From: Takakia lepidozioides
Taxonomy: Eukaryota > Plantae > Bryophyta
Length of the DNA stretch: 64,000 nucleotides
Assembly: GCA_030704615.1 (NCBI GenBank)
Contig: CM060731.1
Location: forward strand, 24,056,001 to 24,120,000
Direction of reading: 5' to 3'
Under the pieces are notes generated by a model that did no database searches, was not told the origin of the DNA, and saw nothing but the letters and a program-made list of their open reading frames with translations. Numbering within the stretch: the stretch's first letter is position 1; each line of letters begins with the position of its first letter. The position numbers were made by a program, and so were the translations under genes. Of this stretch, positions 52,624-64,000 are shown in pieces.

Positions 52624-54901
52624 ATGGAGATGATACCAGAAGATGCTCATGCGTTGGGGTATCACCCGATAGCCGCTGCTCCGCATGAGGTTCGGGTCCC
52701 TGGAGCTTTGATTGTTGGTGCTGGCCCAGCAGGTCTTGCAACAGCTGCATGCCTGAAATCCCACGGAGTACCATGCACGATTCTGGAGCGTGAGGACTGT
52801 GTCGCCTCGTTGTGGAGGAAGAGGACGTATGACAGGTTGCATTTGCACCTACCCAAGGAATTCTGTCAGTTGCCACTGAACCCTTTCCCGAAGGATTACC
52901 CTACCTATCCAACCCGTGACCAGTTTGTGCAATACCTGGATTGCTATGCCGAACGATTCCACATTAGTCCGATTTTCGACAAGATGGTAGCGTCTGCACG
53001 GTTTTCCGACAATCTCTGGGCTTTGGACACATTCGACAGGACAGCCTCAGAGGAAGGTGTTCATACGGTCTACACGGCCAACTGGCTTGTGGTAGCGTCA
53101 GGAGAGAACGCTGACATCTCTCTGCCCTCGTTTAAGGGAGAAGACGAGTTTGCTGGGAATATCATCCACGCAAGTCAATACAGGAATGGAGAAAGATATG
53201 AGAACAGCAAAGTGCTTGTTGTGGGCTGCGGTAACACAGGAATGGAGGTCGCACTGGACCTCGCCAACTACAAGGCCGCGCCCTCACTCGTCGTCCAAAG
53301 TCCAGTATGGCTACACCCCCTTTACTAATTATTTTTGTGTGTGGCCTTGCCGTGTAGCCAAATGTTTTGGATTATGCCTCCCGCTTTGTCAAAAGCAAGC
53401 TTTCCTGCAACATTGCAGGTGCTGCTACTAGAATTGGCGAAGTAATACTAACATTGATGAATTGATGAAACCACATCGTAGTTAGAGTTCAAGCTTTGAC
53501 TATCATTGTGCTCTTCACCTCTTTTTTTGTAACAACCAAAGAGTTATGCATGTTTTATACTCTCTGCTCGCTTAAGTTTGTGAAAGCACAGTATGTAGAG
53601 AGACAGTAAGAAACTGTAAAAGACTCGAATTTTTTGCGTGCAACTGCGGCTGGCATTTTATCTGCACCTCCAGCTTACAGTTGACGAGCCAATTGCGAAG
53701 TTTTTCACCAAAACACTACTGCTGAGCCTTTGCTATCCAGTACTTATGCAGCCTTGAAAAAATAAGAGAATTGTTGATAAGTTACATCATGAAGTGAACA
53801 GCCCATGTGAGTACGAGCCTAATTCTGTGTCATGACACAAAACGGACTGCTAGCTATCTGGGAATCCCGCCCTCATCTGACAAGATCATTATTTTCTTGA
53901 GCATGCTGGCAAACGTTGTGTAAAATTTTCAGGATATTAAATGTGTACTTATGCATTTGTGCAGTACCATGTCTTGCCGAGAGAGCTATTTGGACTTATT
54001 TCGACCTTTCAAGTAATATCGTGGCTGAAGAAGTATTTTCCTCTCTGGTTTGTGGACTCTTGCATTGTTCTTGCTGCGCGACTAACCATGGGCTGCGTAG
54101 CCAAGTTTGGGATCGAAAGGCCCAAGGAAGGTCCTCTTGAGCTCAAGATGAGGACAGGAAAGACGCCTGTTTTGGACGTCGGGACTGTACAGAAAGTAAG
54201 GAGTGGACATGTCAAGGTAAGCTCTACCATTCCTCCTTTGTACGTACATTTCACATCCCTTGTGTCCAACTTCACTGTTGAGATCGTTTCTATCAAAACT
54301 CTATCTGCTTATACTCTTCTCTCATCTCAAAACTCAACTGTGCAAATGTTTGTTCTGCAGGTGGTGCCTGGCATAGAATGCGTGTCCGAAAAGGGAGTTC
54401 ACTTTGTGGATGGTACCTATAAACAATTCGATGACATCATAATGGCCACAGGCTACAAGAGCAACGTTCAATGCTGGTTGAAGGTCAGTTTGCAGATTTC
54501 ACATTTTCTCTTCAAGAACAACCCAACTCAGAACAAGACACTATCTTGCGAGATTTACACCACGTTAGAAAGTGGATTTGAAGAGGACAATCGAATGTCA
54601 ATTCAACAACCATTTCTGTTCCAAATCAGTCCTCTTTGTGTGCCAAGAAGTCCCCAATCAATAAAGCTTGCCATCTCTCATCTACAATCTACTAATTACT
54701 AACTGCAAGATTTACAATGGACAGGATGATAACATGTTCGGTGCTGATGGATTCCCCAAGAAAGCAGCTCCAAATGGATGGAAGGGAGAGCGGGGCTTAT
54801 ACGCGGTAGGATTTGGTCGTGGAGGACTGGCTGGAGTCTCCTACGATGCGGTCCAAGTTGCAGAGGATATCTCCAAGCCTTACTTTCTGCACAAACACTG
54901 A
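52624..54901 (+). CDS. YUC: YUCCA flavin monooxygenase (indole-3-pyruvate monooxygenase); 4 exons (52624-53304, 53965-54216, 54361-54483, 54725-54901), ~410 aa
   Basis: GAGPAG FAD motif, [38 protein letters not shown] motif, [20 protein letters not shown]; canonical YUC intron positions. Confidence 0.95.
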
Positions 54902-55721
54902 CAACCTCACCCAGTTCCTCTCCGCAGCTTTTCGAAATGCAGCCAAGCTCAGCCACCACTGACAATGGGAGTAGTGAATGACACAGCAAGTAGCTTGTAC
55001 AGATCACTTCCCCTCTCAGTTCTGTGCTTGTTGCTGAGCAAGCACAGCAAGCCTTGTGTCTAGAGAATCCTGTGTGTATGCATGCACAGCTCTCAATGCA
55101 CTTGTAACTTGTATTCTTACCTGTTCAAAAGACATGATTGTTTCTTTCACCTATTCAGCAATGTAAGGAATTCGACCTTCCGAGATATCCACTAATTCCC
55201 ACGGGCATGGAAGTTCCAGTAAAATTCATGGATAATTGCAGAAATCCAAATAACACATGTTCACTGTTTGCATGTCTACTTAGGCGAACAAGTAACACTC
55301 TCAATCTAGATATCTTTCTAGATCAAGCTGTGCAGTACTCGAAGTACAATTGCCAATTCAGCTTGGGTGTTTGGTTGTTTGGGTGTACAATGAACGAAAA
55401 ACCTGTGTAGCTCAATACCCTTCATGGCCTCAAATCTGCCGTGCAAGACGTCCTACAAGTTGCTGATTTGATCGGCATCCCTGGTAAAATGTGTGTACTG
55501 ATCTACGCTGGTAGTCTTCACCTTACGAAACAACCCCAACTAGCACCTCACCATGTTACAAATTTGAATCACACGGTAATCAAACCAACCAATCATTACA
55601 CCAAATTCTGAAGACAAAAGGGCATGATTAAGACATGAAGCTTGTGCAAAGACTCATGAATACCACCTCTCCAATGAAGTGTGAAGTGGAACACTTCTTA
55701 TCATTTTGCATGACTGGGTGT

Positions 55722-63783
<8,062 letters not shown>

Positions 63784-64000
63784 TTATCCATTGCCCCGCC
63801 TTGGACTTAGCAGATCCTCTAGATGGTCTGATTGCTTCAGTTGACAAGCAGCTTTAAACCGCATTGGAAAAACCTCCTCATATAATTTCCCTGAACATAT
63901 TTCCAGTCTGTGACATGGGCCATGGCTCAGCTCACAGGGCTACCAGCACTTTGCAATTAGCTAAGCTAAGCTCTACATGGATATTATAAGGCTTCTCTCT

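Overview
Eukaryotic, intron-containing plant DNA. The mass of PLS-DYW PPR copies suggests an editing-rich non-seed land plant (inference). The left ~33 kb is a graveyard of duplicated PLS-E-DYW PPR (RNA-editing factor) pseudogenes. It surrounds an intact DMP/DUF679 gene with an unusual ~640-aa Gln/Ala-rich repeat tail. A 10.9-kb Mutator-like (MULE) transposon (13900-24775; 9-bp TSD, degenerate in-register TIRs) has inserted into one PPR copy. Besides a GCM-like/DDE/SWIM transposase, the element carries a divergently transcribed, spliced gene. That gene encodes a ParB/Srx-like domain (DGNHR) fused to a prokaryote-type beta-class N4C/N6A DNA methyltransferase fold. Its first intron holds eight ~116-bp-spaced, near-perfect 38-bp palindromes. 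This MULE + ParB-MTase + palindrome-array unit is the most novel thing here, although this copy is degenerate. The right half has a PIF/Harbinger element nested in a hAT-like MITE, a three-exon PSY-like sulfated-peptide precursor missed by the ORF track, a 79-bp tandem array, an intact YUCCA gene, and an NADP-malic enzyme gene with a decayed LINE in an intron. All calls are from motif recognition by eye; no database searches were run.
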